The notes beneath the pieces are model-generated. The model was not told the origin of the DNA, did not search any database, and was given only the letters and a program-made list of their open reading frames with translations. 52,658 nucleotides of DNA from Callorhinchus milii (Eukaryota): the NCBI RefSeq assembly GCF_018977255.1, contig NW_024705346.1:1-52658 (forward strand), in the 5' to 3' direction. Shown piece by piece: positions 30,001 to 39,969 of this stretch (position 1 is the first letter of the stretch; the number at the start of each line of letters is the position of its first letter). The position numbers were made by a program, and so were the translations under genes.

Positions 30001-33000
30001 CTTAAGGAACACCGCTGCTCCGATTGAAGTAGAGTTTAACGCCGGCCAACTGAACTTAACCCCGCACCTGGTACCAGACGACGTGAGCGTCCAGACAATA
30101 TGCGATTTACGTCGATATACTGCTTATTTCGCATCTTGCTGTTGATCGAAGTTTCGTTATGACTGATTCTTTCTAGCAGGCTTGACGTCATATCTCGATG
30201 TCCGCCAAAGCGATCGGCCAGTGGCATTTCATCGTGAGGTAGAAGTATTCCAGTCTGCTTGTCTACTCTTACTTGCCACGTCCCCTAACACGCGTCATGT
30301 TGTTTGGTCAGTAGGCGTGGGATACATGCCAAACTAGACCGGCGGCGTCCGCGCGGTCGTCCAGGTACTTTCAAAGTTGGAACACCGAAGAAAAAGCGAT
30401 TCGGGTTCCATGCTACAATCCATTGTGAGCGGATAGTTGGGGTTGCGGGATGTGAGGTTAATCAACTTGATACTTACAATAGTGTCCCTGATGAAACAAA
30501 ATTCCCATGCTTGTGCGAAGTTGTTGCATGTTTAACTGACAGGACGATCGCTAATGGGCATAAGGTTCTGTTCCTGGTGGGCTCCCTGCCCCGGGCATTC
30601 TATCCCGAGATCAATTCATTGCGTTCAGGTTTGTTATGGGTTGTTCGCGTCTCCCATTCGTAGCCGGAAGAAGTATAGATCAGCGCAGTTCACGTGATTA
30701 GCAGCTGAGAACCGACTGAGCCGGCGGTTGCTCGGCAGTCCCCATAAAATCACGTTGAACTGGCTGTTGATCGATGGACATCGCGCTCAATTGACGCAGT
30801 TGTTAGGGCTTGACGCAGGTGAGCTGACTCAGTGTAAGCTGGGCGATAATAAAGAGTCGTTGTGGGATGTGAGGTTACCCGTGAAGCCTCAGTGGTGGCA
30901 GTTTTTAATTGAAAGGCGTGGGTGCGTTACGAATTCGTATAAACGTCTGAAGGCGATGTGTGTTATGATAGGACAAAACATACAATGAAGAAAAGCAACG
31001 GGACGTAATTGAAGTAGCTATCGTGAGAGGCTGGTGCGTTCACCAGGAAAAGTTTAACTAGATGGGGAAGTAATCTCTGTTTCACAAGGGGTGTAGTGGA
31101 CACGTTCATCGTCAGTTGGGCGTGTCTTCTCGGGCTGGTGAAGCACCGGACGAGGGGATGCTAGGCGGTGTTTTCCATGTTTGAGACGATGGCAGCATCA
31201 TCTTGCGGGCCGCAAGCGTACATTAAATTGCGGACCAGTCAGCTGGACGCGTAACGCTATGAGAAAGATTGAACCATTCTTTAATCCACGGGATAAAGTG
31301 TGTGAACTCGTTTAGAGCTCACAGCCACTCATAATTTAGGGCGCTCAGTGAAGACTGGCCCAGTCTCTTGCTGAGGCGAGGTGTAGTTAACGTACTAGTA
31401 GAGGCATATGCCAAAGGCGACAGGTCCATAAATGTCTCATACCTACCCTGTCCCAATTCTGAAGTATAACCCGACTAGTGTGTGGGATCGATCTAGGTCT
31501 TCGCATTTACCTTATTCTAAATTAGACATGCAAGCTACTTTAGTACCAATTACACAGCTGTAACGATCGCGACTGATCAACATGCGCGGTACCCCTCAAG
31601 CGGACAACCCTTACGCTATTCTCAACCGTTCGTTAAGGCCTAATTGACACTATCCCGTTGAGTATTGGCGGGGCAGTCCCATAACATGGTAATACCGGGT
31701 AATATATGTCCATTCCTCGCTCCCCGGCGGGATCCCAGACCCTGTTGCCCGGGCCAACGGTAGATCGCTTGTCGTATACTCGTATGGGATGGGAATCTAC
31801 CCGGTAAAAATTACGAAGCGAGCTCTCTTGTTGAACCCCTCTCTGCAACGAGTATGGAGTTTTGCGCCAGGCTAATTGTGGAACGATAGTACTAAAAGTA
31901 CTTATAGGAACCGGAATGGAATCTAATTCGACAATGAAAGAGGACCATGATTAAACGAGTAAATAAGATCATATATCTATGGGTTAATGGAAACTAGTCA
32001 CATGCGTCAAACAGTTCCAGGGACAGGTATCACTTCATTGCGATAGGTTCGAAGACTAGCGCTCAAACTTTAGGCTGTTAACATTAGAGTACCATCTTGT
32101 ATGCGAATTTCATGTAGACCGACTAGAAGGATAGCACTTCTGAGTTTGGTCAAAAATCTCAACCGAGCATAACCAATATCCCAGAGTATCGGTTCTCTAA
32201 TCCTCGTTGAAGATAGACAGTGGTATATGGGTAGAGATAACTGAATCTATACGGTTCGGAGGCGCGGGACGGTTACACACTCAGACCTTTAGTAGGCGGC
32301 TCTAGTGTACCAGGAGGAACGTAAATAACCATTAAGCTGCACTAAGTAGCGGCCATGTTATTAAGACATAAGACAGTCTGAAGGCCACATAATGTGGCGG
32401 GTACAGCGAATTTTCCTATGGTTGAGACGACTACGGTCCTGAACCTCGCGAAATTATTAAGTCCACGACGGCAAAACTCGGACGGGATTCCGAATTTCCC
32501 GTTACACGAAGGCAACTCCCATAGGGTTCTCTGAGACGTGTCACCGCTGTCATCCTTCCTTGAATTTGCGACGGGGCTACGGTGAGGCAAAGTGGGCTAG
32601 CGGAAGGGGTGATGTAATAACGTACGGTGTAGGATTAACCTAGTACCTCCTAGCTCAAAAGAACATTCGATCCTACTAGCGGCTGCAGGATTACCCACGT
32701 GCACTAGTAGCTACCAAATTTAGCGGTGTCCTCGGACAAAGTATTAACGACAATACAACTAGGGACATGAAAGGCGTCGGCGTCAATGTCACTGCCTGTG
32801 ACAGGCATCAGTATTCACCACCGCGTGCTCTGGGCCCATGCCAACGCCTCCGCTTTCGGTAAATTACAGTCAGATAAGCCCTGTTCGCTAGTTTTTCCGC
32901 GGCACGCGTAGATACTAGAGTAATTGCCAACGGCAATGCCCTGCAACCAGATGTACAAAATCATTCATAGTACGGTGTATCCGCTCTCCAGACGCATTAC

Positions 33001-34000
33001 CTTAGAGTGCCTCGGCCCGCGTGGGTCCGAGCGGCGGTGATGGGATGGGCAAACCAACCTCAGACGGTGGGATTGTTGCGTCACTAAACCCCAAGCAATG
33101 GCGTTACGAATATAGCAATAAACTTACCGAGCGTATCAACTGGCATCAATGGTGTAGGTCTGATTTACACAAAAATTTGTAACATATCGGAGACTGCTAA
33201 CTCCTACTTGCGTTTCAATTGGCCGGCGTTCACAAGTCAATCAGGCACCGCGTGTACGGTCTTGTGTATAGTAGACCATTTTTGTAACCCCGGGGGTGCT
33301 CCAGGCAGACGTGACTCCACAAAAGGCCAATGGCTTCACGACCTCAATATTGAATGAATAGAGAGCAATATTTTGGACCGACACTTGTGTCATTGAAGGA
33401 TGTTGTTGACGAATATGCTACGATCCGCGGGTGGCAATACAACGCCGTCTCATTCTCACGACCACACTCGTTTTCTGTTACTCATCCAGGGTCAGACGAA
33501 TCGCCAGGATCTTTTCAAAAACAGAGTCAGTCGTGAGCCAGCTATTTGTGTTTCGAGGACAGACGATTATCATGCACCGTACGGGTCCCTTGCGCTTCTC
33601 ATGAGGCGCTCGGTCGGCCTATTTCTGTTCATGTATGAGGTGTCCGGACGCCGACCGCCCTCGCAAGCGATCATTTAGCTGTGAAGGACTTTACGACAGG
33701 TAAAGATGGTCGCGTAAGATCAACCAATATTCCAACGCGTAGATAGGCGGACACTAATTCAAGTTATAGCACGCTAGCCATCCTACTATGGTTCGAGGTC
33801 TATACTGCGATTATAGGACGCCCGTGTCGCAAGGCGTGAAAGCCGTGCTTCGTCATTATGTGATAGTCGCGGATTTGCCTCTAGGCCAGGAAGGCAGTTG
33901 GGAGACGCCCCTATTATCAACGTAGCGCGACTTAGAAGCAGTCCTTTGACAATTATGACCCGCACTAGCCTAGTGCCCAGATGGCGACGTGAACTATCAG
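1..34000. other. Random-like (probably shuffled/synthetic) sequence with no recognisable biological features
   Basis: Seen: near-uniform base use, abundant CpG and TA/CTAG, almost no long homopolymers or simple repeats, only short ORFs (max 154 aa) with no recognisable protein motifs. Sharp contrast with the AT-rich, poly-A/T-containing DNA after ~34.1 kb. The boundary is approximate (34.0-34.2 kb). Confidence 0.8.
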
Positions 34001-34251
34001 GAATTCCTCACGAAGGATCGTGGCACTTTTATCCAAATTATGATTGTGTTGTTTTTCTGGCTTGCCGCTCGTAACTAGTATCATGAGAATTATACTTGGG
34101 GACTAGGAGTTTTAGGGGCCTGGCGTAAGGGTGCTGGAGAGGCTTTAGGTTAGAAAGGGTCTTTTTATTTTGTTCTGCCCTGAGTTATCACTCTCCCGGG
34201 ACCTAAGTATGTGCATGTACTTATGCATGTGTGTGTGTGTCCAAGGGTAGT

Positions 34252-34545
34252 GGGGAGCAATGGTGTAGTGGTTAGCACGCTGCACTCCAAACCCGGCGAC
34301 CCGAGTTCGATTATTACTCCCGGCCAACTCCAGAGACGCTTATCTGAACCCGTTCTGAGCCTCCCCTAGGTCGACTCAGCCTCAAATGAGTACCTGGTAT
34401 GGTGTGTAAACATTGCCACTGGGGAGACAAAAGTTGACCGTGCGCGGTGCTGGCCACCTACCCCTCATGTACCGTGCCGGCCTTCATAGATGATGGCTAA
34501 CAGCACTTGCCTCAACAGTCTGTTCAGGCTATACGGGGATTCTTT
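34252..34545 (+). mobile_element. tRNA-Gly(TCC)-derived SINE with Deu/Nin-like central domain
   Basis: The head TGGTGTAGTGGTTAGCACGCTGCACTCCAAACCCGGCGACCCGAGTTCGATT..TCCCGGCCAAC resembles eukaryotic tRNA-Gly-TCC. A box at 34261-34271; B box at ~34303-34312 followed by a small insertion. The central GTCGACTCAGCCTC-AAATGAGTACCTGG...GCTGGCCACCTACCCCTC resembles the Deu/Nin SINE domain (from recall, not searched). Degenerate flanking direct repeat TGTGTCC(A/G)AGG at 34236-34246 and 34551-34561. Confidence 0.85.
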
Positions 34546-35175
34546 GTGTTTGTGTCCGAGGCCAATGCACAACAGTACCGGTTGGTGTCTGAATCTGACC
34601 TAGACTTTCTCAAGGTTGGCTTCGCCTAAGATGGGTACCAGGCGCAGCAGTGTGGTCAACAACACCAGTACTGGCCAAATGAGGGTTCATCATCCCAGAA
34701 TGACCCATTCAGGTCTCAGTGGGTATTTGCTGACGTGCCGTGCCCCAGCAATGCAGTCAGGCTAAATCTGATATTGCAGAATATTTTAATGCAGGGTATA
34801 GTTGAATTCACCGTGTTGTCCTTAAAGAGGCATAGCTGGCCTAAACATCAAATATTTACCAGCAAAATAATGCATCACAGCATTCAACAGAAACGAAACA
34901 CGTGTAAAAAAAAGGCATGAAGCAAAGATGCGGCACCGCAATTGCTTGCTCACGTTCTTGCCGCTGTAAGTGCCTCCACAAAAGCGACCACCTGGAGAGA
35001 TTTTCTAAAGGTGATTTGCTCTACTCTTCTACACTTTAAACATGATATCTAAACCTGTGCTATGTTCATCCAGCAATAACCTTGATTTAACCAGGTGAAA
35101 TCCTACTCTTAGTTCTTTCGGTAAAGTCACGTAGGTAAAAATGAAATTAAAATTAATAAAAAATAACAATAAAAA

Positions 35176-35218
35176 TCACGACGTTTCGGAGGCAACACAA
35201 GCTTCCGTCTTCAGGTGA
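35176..35218 (-). ncRNA. Minimal type-I hammerhead ribozyme motif (intact core)
   Basis: The minus strand reads UCAC-CUGAAGA-C-GGAAGC-UUGUGUU-GCCUCC-GAAA-CGUC-GUGA: stem I UCAC/GUGA, CUGANGA and GAAA cores, palindromic ACGU in place of stem III, GUC cleavage triplet. Confidence 0.8.
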
Positions 35219-35270
35219 AACCGTCACAGATAACCACTATATAAGGTACAGATAGTTTGCTGTGACGGTT

Positions 35271-35313
35271 TCACCTGAAGACGGAAGCTTGTGTTGCCTC
35301 CGAAATGTCGTGA
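35271..35313 (+). ncRNA. Minimal type-I hammerhead ribozyme motif (CpG-decayed ACGT>ATGT)
   Basis: TCAC-CTGAAGA-C-GGAAGC-TTGTGTT-GCCTCC-GAAA-TGTC-GTGA; mirror of 35176-35218 with one C>T change. Confidence 0.7.
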
Positions 35314-35650
35314 TTTTTATTGTTTTATTTTTATTAATTTTAATTTCATTTTTTACCTACGTGACTTTACCGAAAGAACTAAGAGTATGAATCCTTGCAG
35401 TCACGAAAACTTCAAATCTAGAATCAGGTGATATCCCTTTGAGACAACAGGTCCCCTTTGCAAGGTACACCTGGGCTATAATGTACGTTGAGGAATGTTC
35501 TTGCATGAACTATTATATCATATTGTATTATCAGCATCCGTATTTTTGTAAATGTTCATGTGCGTTTATCAAAGACACAGAAACACGTACAAATTATACA
35601 TCTTTATATATATAATAAAGTCGGACTTTTTTCATCTTTTGCAGTACTTA

Positions 35651-36195
35651 CAGGGTGTTTAAAAAGATGGACCCAATTTCAAAGCAGTATATTTCACGAT
35701 GGCAACATGTTACAATGACACAAAAAGTTACAAACGGTTTAATGAGTTATCACGTTTTACTACGGACAACATCGAGACAATAATAACATTTATCCAAAAC
35801 GCTTCTCTTCTCACGTTTTCCTCTGAGGTGCGTGGTCGCCCTATGCTCTTCCCCTTACATCAACAGCCCGTTTCCTCAAATTGTCGGTGCCAACGACGAA
35901 TGCTCTTTGACATTGGCGGATCAATGCCAAAACGCCGTTGAAACGCACGCTGCACCGCAATTACGGATTCAGTCTTGCTGAACTGCAGAGCGCAAAACGC
36001 CCCTTGTGTTGCGGGGTCAACATCTTGGGAATGACTGAGGCTAGGGGCTGTTTGTGCGCTGTGAGAGGCATCTCGCGGTCATCATTTGAATCTCTATGCC
36101 CGCCCTTTCAAGTGGTAAGAGTTTCATTCATGGGCGGTTCGTGGTTGCAGAGATATAGCGATTTCAAATCGGGTCAACCTTTTTTAAACACCTTG
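35651..36195 (-). mobile_element. Internally deleted Tc1/mariner-superfamily DNA transposon
   Basis: Imperfect ~30-bp TIRs: CAGGGTGTTTAAAAAGATGGACCCAATTTC versus reverse complement CAAGGTGTTTAAAAAAGGTTGACCCGATTTG. Both ends are flanked by TA (35649-35650, 36196-36197). Contains a transposase N-terminal remnant. Confidence 0.9.
35800..36023 (-). pseudogene. Transposase N-terminal HTH (DUF4817-like) remnant
   Basis: Manual translation from the ATG at 36023: MLTPQHK(frameshift)AFCALQFSKTESVIAVQRAFQRRFGIDPPMSKSIRRWHRQFEETGC*CKGKSIGRPRTSEENVRR. This matches the typical 'FCVL.F.K..S...VQR.FR..F...PP....IR.W...F.ETG.L.K.K..GRP' mariner-type HTH with a GRPR motif. In-frame stop at ~35860; catalytic domain missing. 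Confidence 0.85.
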
Positions 36196-38273
36196 TATAA
36201 CCTCTGCTTTCATTGGCAGTAAATGGTAACAGTAATCTGATTATATCTGGCAAGTAGGTAGAAAATGTGTGTTATGGTTGGTGGAAAGCTGGTGATGATT
36301 TTTCAATAATAGATGCAGCTTAACTGGGATCTCATTCTGCCGGCTTACTGATTACTGCGAATTTGGCAAATAGGACCCATAATATTTTGTCACAATTAAC
36401 ATTGAACACTAAAACATCACTTCAGCATGCAAGTCCTATAAGTGCGTTTCATCATGATGAACTTTAAATTGCCTTCTATATTTTAATTTACACACAGTTT
36501 CACATTATTACATTGATTAGCAATGTTACAAAAATATACATGTCTATGTGATAGAAAATGTGTAGAATAAGCGAAGCTTCTCGTGCGAATTTGTAATGGC
36601 ACATTTTTATACATTAAAAAAACGTGACTTAGCATTGACTCTCTTTTTTTTTACTGATTAGATTTTTAATGAAACCTGATGAGCTGAAACGAAAATGAGA
36701 ATTATGGCTTTAAGTACATTGTCGTTTTCTTCTTTCACATTTCGCATTCATTGCGCGTCACAATTCAGAGGTCGGTTTGTTGACGACCATCCATTGAACC
36801 TTTTTCATAGCGTTGCCATCCAGGCAGTTTGCTCGTAACGTCACGGACCTTCTCTGACCACCTCAGGGAAGACATTCTGTTGAGTCTTGCCATGTCCTAA
36901 TTCCTCCTGTGGGAATCCATGCAAAATAACCAATGTGCAAACTTAAAATTCTTGACTCTTACAGGTCACTGCCAAGCCTGGTGCTGTAATCCATTTAGTT
37001 CCTTTATTCTTGGCCTGTCAGTTTACCAAATCCCGTCTGGCACAGGGTCAGGGCCACGAAAAAATTCTTCCAGACAAAATTACTTCATAGAGAGCCATTC
37101 TCAAAAGTTGTTTGACCACCACCCAAACCCCAATTTAAAGTGAGTATTTCTATTGACAACATGTAGATGTGCATTCATCTATGCTTGTTTATGTTTAACT
37201 GCCGTTTTTTTTGGGGGGGGAGGGGGGGCATACCTATTAAACAGTATTTGAAAGGTCACGCCTCTTGAGCCGAGGGTCTATCCCAGGGCTGACGGAGTTG
37301 CTTCCTTGGGGTCTGCATTATTTTAGAAGTGGGAAATAGGGTTAGCCATTCAAGCATTCATCACCTTCATCCAGTTTGTGAGTTAGGAGAGGGTCGGGTG
37401 GGTTGAGATTTGAGGGCCAAACAATTGCTCCAGACTCCCACTCCCCCCCCACTTGCCCAATGCTCCGAACCACTCCTTTATTTCACGAAATATACCCTTT
37501 CTGTGAAATTGTACCACAGCAAATGTACAGCTTTATAATGATAAATAACTAGCATACTAGTATTGTTGATGCTGGCGCACCTGGGTGGCATTGGCTAGCT
37601 CAGCAATTTACAGTTACATATGGTCGTCCAATCAAACTGCCTCCCTGGTTGAGGAAAAGCCGATTGACAGCGCAAGCCAGCTGTGACAACACAGCATGTA
37701 AGTTTCAACATGCGTAGCCATGAAAGTCGGTCAAACCAACACTACGCATTTTTTGTTAAAGGCGCCATGTGAAGTTTCTTTTGTTGCATGTGCTCTTTAA
37801 CAAATATCAGATCCATTTTGTGCACTCCTGGGGGGCAATTGTGTTTTCTCTGTGTTCATTCTTGAAAGCCCTGACCAAGACTTTTGATAATTGTATTGCT
37901 TGTTCATTCTATAAGCATATAATTTGTTAATATGTATTAAAACTTTTGAAATTCTACCAGCATTAAAAACTCAACACATTTATAAAGCAGAGGAACCAAC
38001 AAAGTACTTGAACCAGTGACAATTTGCTTGAAATGAAAAGAACACATGTCCGTCAGTAACCAACAGGATTAACATTTCATTTAACAAAGTTCCGTTTGCA
38101 TGCCCACTGTAATGACAATCACAAAGCACCGCTACCGTACGTGACCACCATAATAACGAATGGAATAAAGAGATGTCCGATCAAAGAAAGTTAATTATAT
38201 AAGGAGAGCTTTTGATACCATCAATTAGATGCGGCAAGGCTGTCGCCGGACTTGTGGGTAATCTACGGTGCAC

Positions 38274-38322
38274 AGGTCAAGGGGTCAGGCCAACACTGAC
38301 TGGCAGCCATTCTGAAAGGTCA
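38274..38322 (+). promoter_or_regulatory. Candidate nuclear-receptor sites: DR2 (AGGTCA-AG-GGGTCA) and NBRE (AAAGGTCA)
   Basis: AGGTCA 38274-38279, a 2-nt spacer and GGGTCA 38282-38287; AAAGGTCA 38315-38322, followed by CTTATCT (GATA). Motif match only. Confidence 0.3.
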
Positions 38323-39315
38323 ACTTATCTCTGCAGCAGCAGGGAGGAAAAATAAATCCTTTCATTTGGAACAAATGAGTGGCACAGTTTGGCCAAGCTT
38401 GTGCAGTTAGGATTTCCACAGACCACCTACTTCCCTACAACATATTGTTGATTATGTGACCCCTCCGCCATGGAGGGGTCATGATGGGTTCACAGCAGGC
38501 AGCACAGGGGGAGGATTCTTTCCAGAAACGTTTAGTTCATTAAAAGAGGAATGGTTCGCTTGGCGTAGACGACTGCAGTCTGAAGCAGAGAAAAAAGGAA
38601 ACTTGATCATTTCTCACTGTGTTTTTTTTTGTTACACGTGCTACATGCTTGATTTTTACTTTGAAAAAAGTTGCCTTTTATAGCCTTTTTCGTTTGGTTG
38701 TTTTTGAAAAGTTGTCAAAGAAGTATCAATTTTAATTTGCATTTCAAAGTAACGTATCGTGCTTATACTGGCTTACTAGCGATTGAACAATGGGAAATGT
38801 GTGTGATACATGAACGCACTTAACTTGCTTCAACATTTGATGAAAAGGAATTTTTTTTTGACAAAGAGGACAAAAATTCTCGTCGAATTCTTGGAAAAAA
38901 ATCTGTGGGAAAATGTTTTACCCAGAAATGTTGGAAACCCTCCAAAAAACCCATGGCACAAGGTTTGATGTAAGAAATACATTCACATTGAGATTTCCCC
39001 CTAGGAATGGCCCTAGTGTAATCCTTTCCTCTTGACCTCCTTCAAATTAAATATAATCATTCACATACAGAGTTTGCCTGAAGGATAATTTCTGATTCTT
39101 CCCATCATTTAAATTTACCAAATAAAACTAAAATCAAAGGGAAAAAATGAAAACGTTATTATTAAATACTTGTTTGCAGCATGCTTGGGAATTGACATTG
39201 TATTACCATAATAATACATTTAAACAATAATTTACCGCCCTTTGTCAAACCACTTTAGAACGGAGGCTTCACGTCACCAAACTGGTGAAGTGGGGGGACT
39301 GGGAGTGGTTCAGAT

Positions 39316-39443
39316 ATAATAGTAATAATCATTGACACTTATTAGGTGCCTTTCACAATGCCTCGAGGTGCCCTGTCACTCACCACTGTTGTGAGACTTG
39401 GCCGGCAATGTCGAGCTCTGTGAACCACTGTGCCAACACTCCG
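39316..39443 (-). mobile_element. Decayed, internally deleted tRNA-derived SINE
   Basis: The minus strand starts with A-box-like TGGCACAGTGG and B-box-like GAGCTCGAC. Segment 39368-39418 aligns by eye with the head of the SINE at 41280-41560 (once the hAT insert is removed). It ends in an L2-like tail GAAAGGCACCTAATAAG..ATTATTACTATTAT. Confidence 0.5.
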
Positions 39444-39601
39444 CGACGTTATCATATCGCCGATTTAAGGGGGGTGGGGGAAAGGAGATTAGTGACAAAT
39501 TGAAGCATCAAAAAATGTGGCATCTTCTTGGTTCTTTCGGTAAAGTCATCACGTAGAAGGGAAGTAATAAAATAGTAAAAATAAAACATAATAAAAATAA
39601 A

Positions 39602-39648
39602 TCTCACGACGTTTCGGCCACAACGCAAGCAGCCGTCCTCAGGTGAAA
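39602..39648 (-). ncRNA. Minimal type-I hammerhead ribozyme motif (intact core)
   Basis: Minus strand UUUCAC-CUGAGGA-C-GGCUGC-UUGCGUU-GUGGCC-GAAA-CGUC-GUGAGA; 6-bp stem I and 6-bp stem II. Confidence 0.8.
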
Positions 39649-39731
39649 ACCAGGTCTGTCGGGGAGACAGCGTCTGAATGAAACAGCACACGAGCTTGGA
39701 GCATATATATAAGCTTATATATCATTTCAGC

Positions 39732-39923
39732 TTATATATATGCTCCAAGCACGTGTGCTGTTTCATTCAGACGCTGTCTCCCCGACAGACCTGGTTTATA
39801 TATATGCTCCAAGCACGTGTGCGGTTTCATTCAGACGCTGTCTCCCCGACAGACTTGGTTTATATATATGCTCCAAGCACGTGTGCTGTTTCATTCAGAC
39901 GCTGTCTCCCCGACAGACCTGGT
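39732..39923 (+). repeat. 64-bp tandem repeat x3 inside the PLE hairpin
   Basis: Unit TTATATATATGCTCCAAGCACGTGTGCTGTTTCATTCAGACGCTGTCTCCCCGACAGACCTGGT; GCTCC recurs at 39742, 39806 and 39870; the middle unit has two substitutions. Confidence 0.95.
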
Positions 39924-39969
39924 TTTCACCTGAGGACGGCTGCTTGCGTTGTGGCCGAAACGTGTGAGA
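39924..39969 (+). ncRNA. Hammerhead motif lacking the cleavage-site C (probably inactive)
   Basis: TTTCAC-CTGAGGA-C-GGCTGC-TTGCGTT-GTGGCC-GAAA-CGT-GTGAGA; 1-nt deletion relative to the opposite arm. Confidence 0.65.

Larger units (their letters stand above)
35104..35424 (+). mobile_element. Penelope-like element remnant: inverted pseudo-LTR hairpin, copy 1
   Basis: ~126-bp inverted arms at 35104-35229 and 35260-35387 with a 30-nt spacer containing TATATAA. 37-nt unpaired 3' extension TGAATCCTTGCAGTCACGAAAACTTCAAATCTAGAAT. TSD CAGGTGA(A/T)ATCC at 35092-35103 and 35425-35436. Hammerhead motif in each arm. Confidence 0.85.

Noticed and set aside
34252..34330. Functional tRNA-Gly gene
   Set aside because: The acceptor and anticodon stems do not pair properly, the T arm has an insertion, and the sequence runs into a SINE body.
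35104..35424. Interpretation of the hairpins as DNA-transposon MITEs
   Set aside because: The inverted repeats are not terminal (one-sided 33-37 nt extension), TSDs are ~12 bp or longer, inner breakpoints vary and hammerhead motifs are present, all of which fit Penelope-like retroelements better.
35699..36222. Plus-strand ORFs of 80 and 94 aa
   Set aside because: Antisense to the transposase remnant; no coding signal of their own.
36676..36694. CTGATGAGCTGAAACGAAA hammerhead-like string
   Set aside because: No workable stem II, stem I or cleavage triplet around the cores.
39732..39923. Direct repeats as a possible CRISPR array
   Set aside because: The units are contiguous with no unique spacers, the context is eukaryotic, and there are no cas genes.
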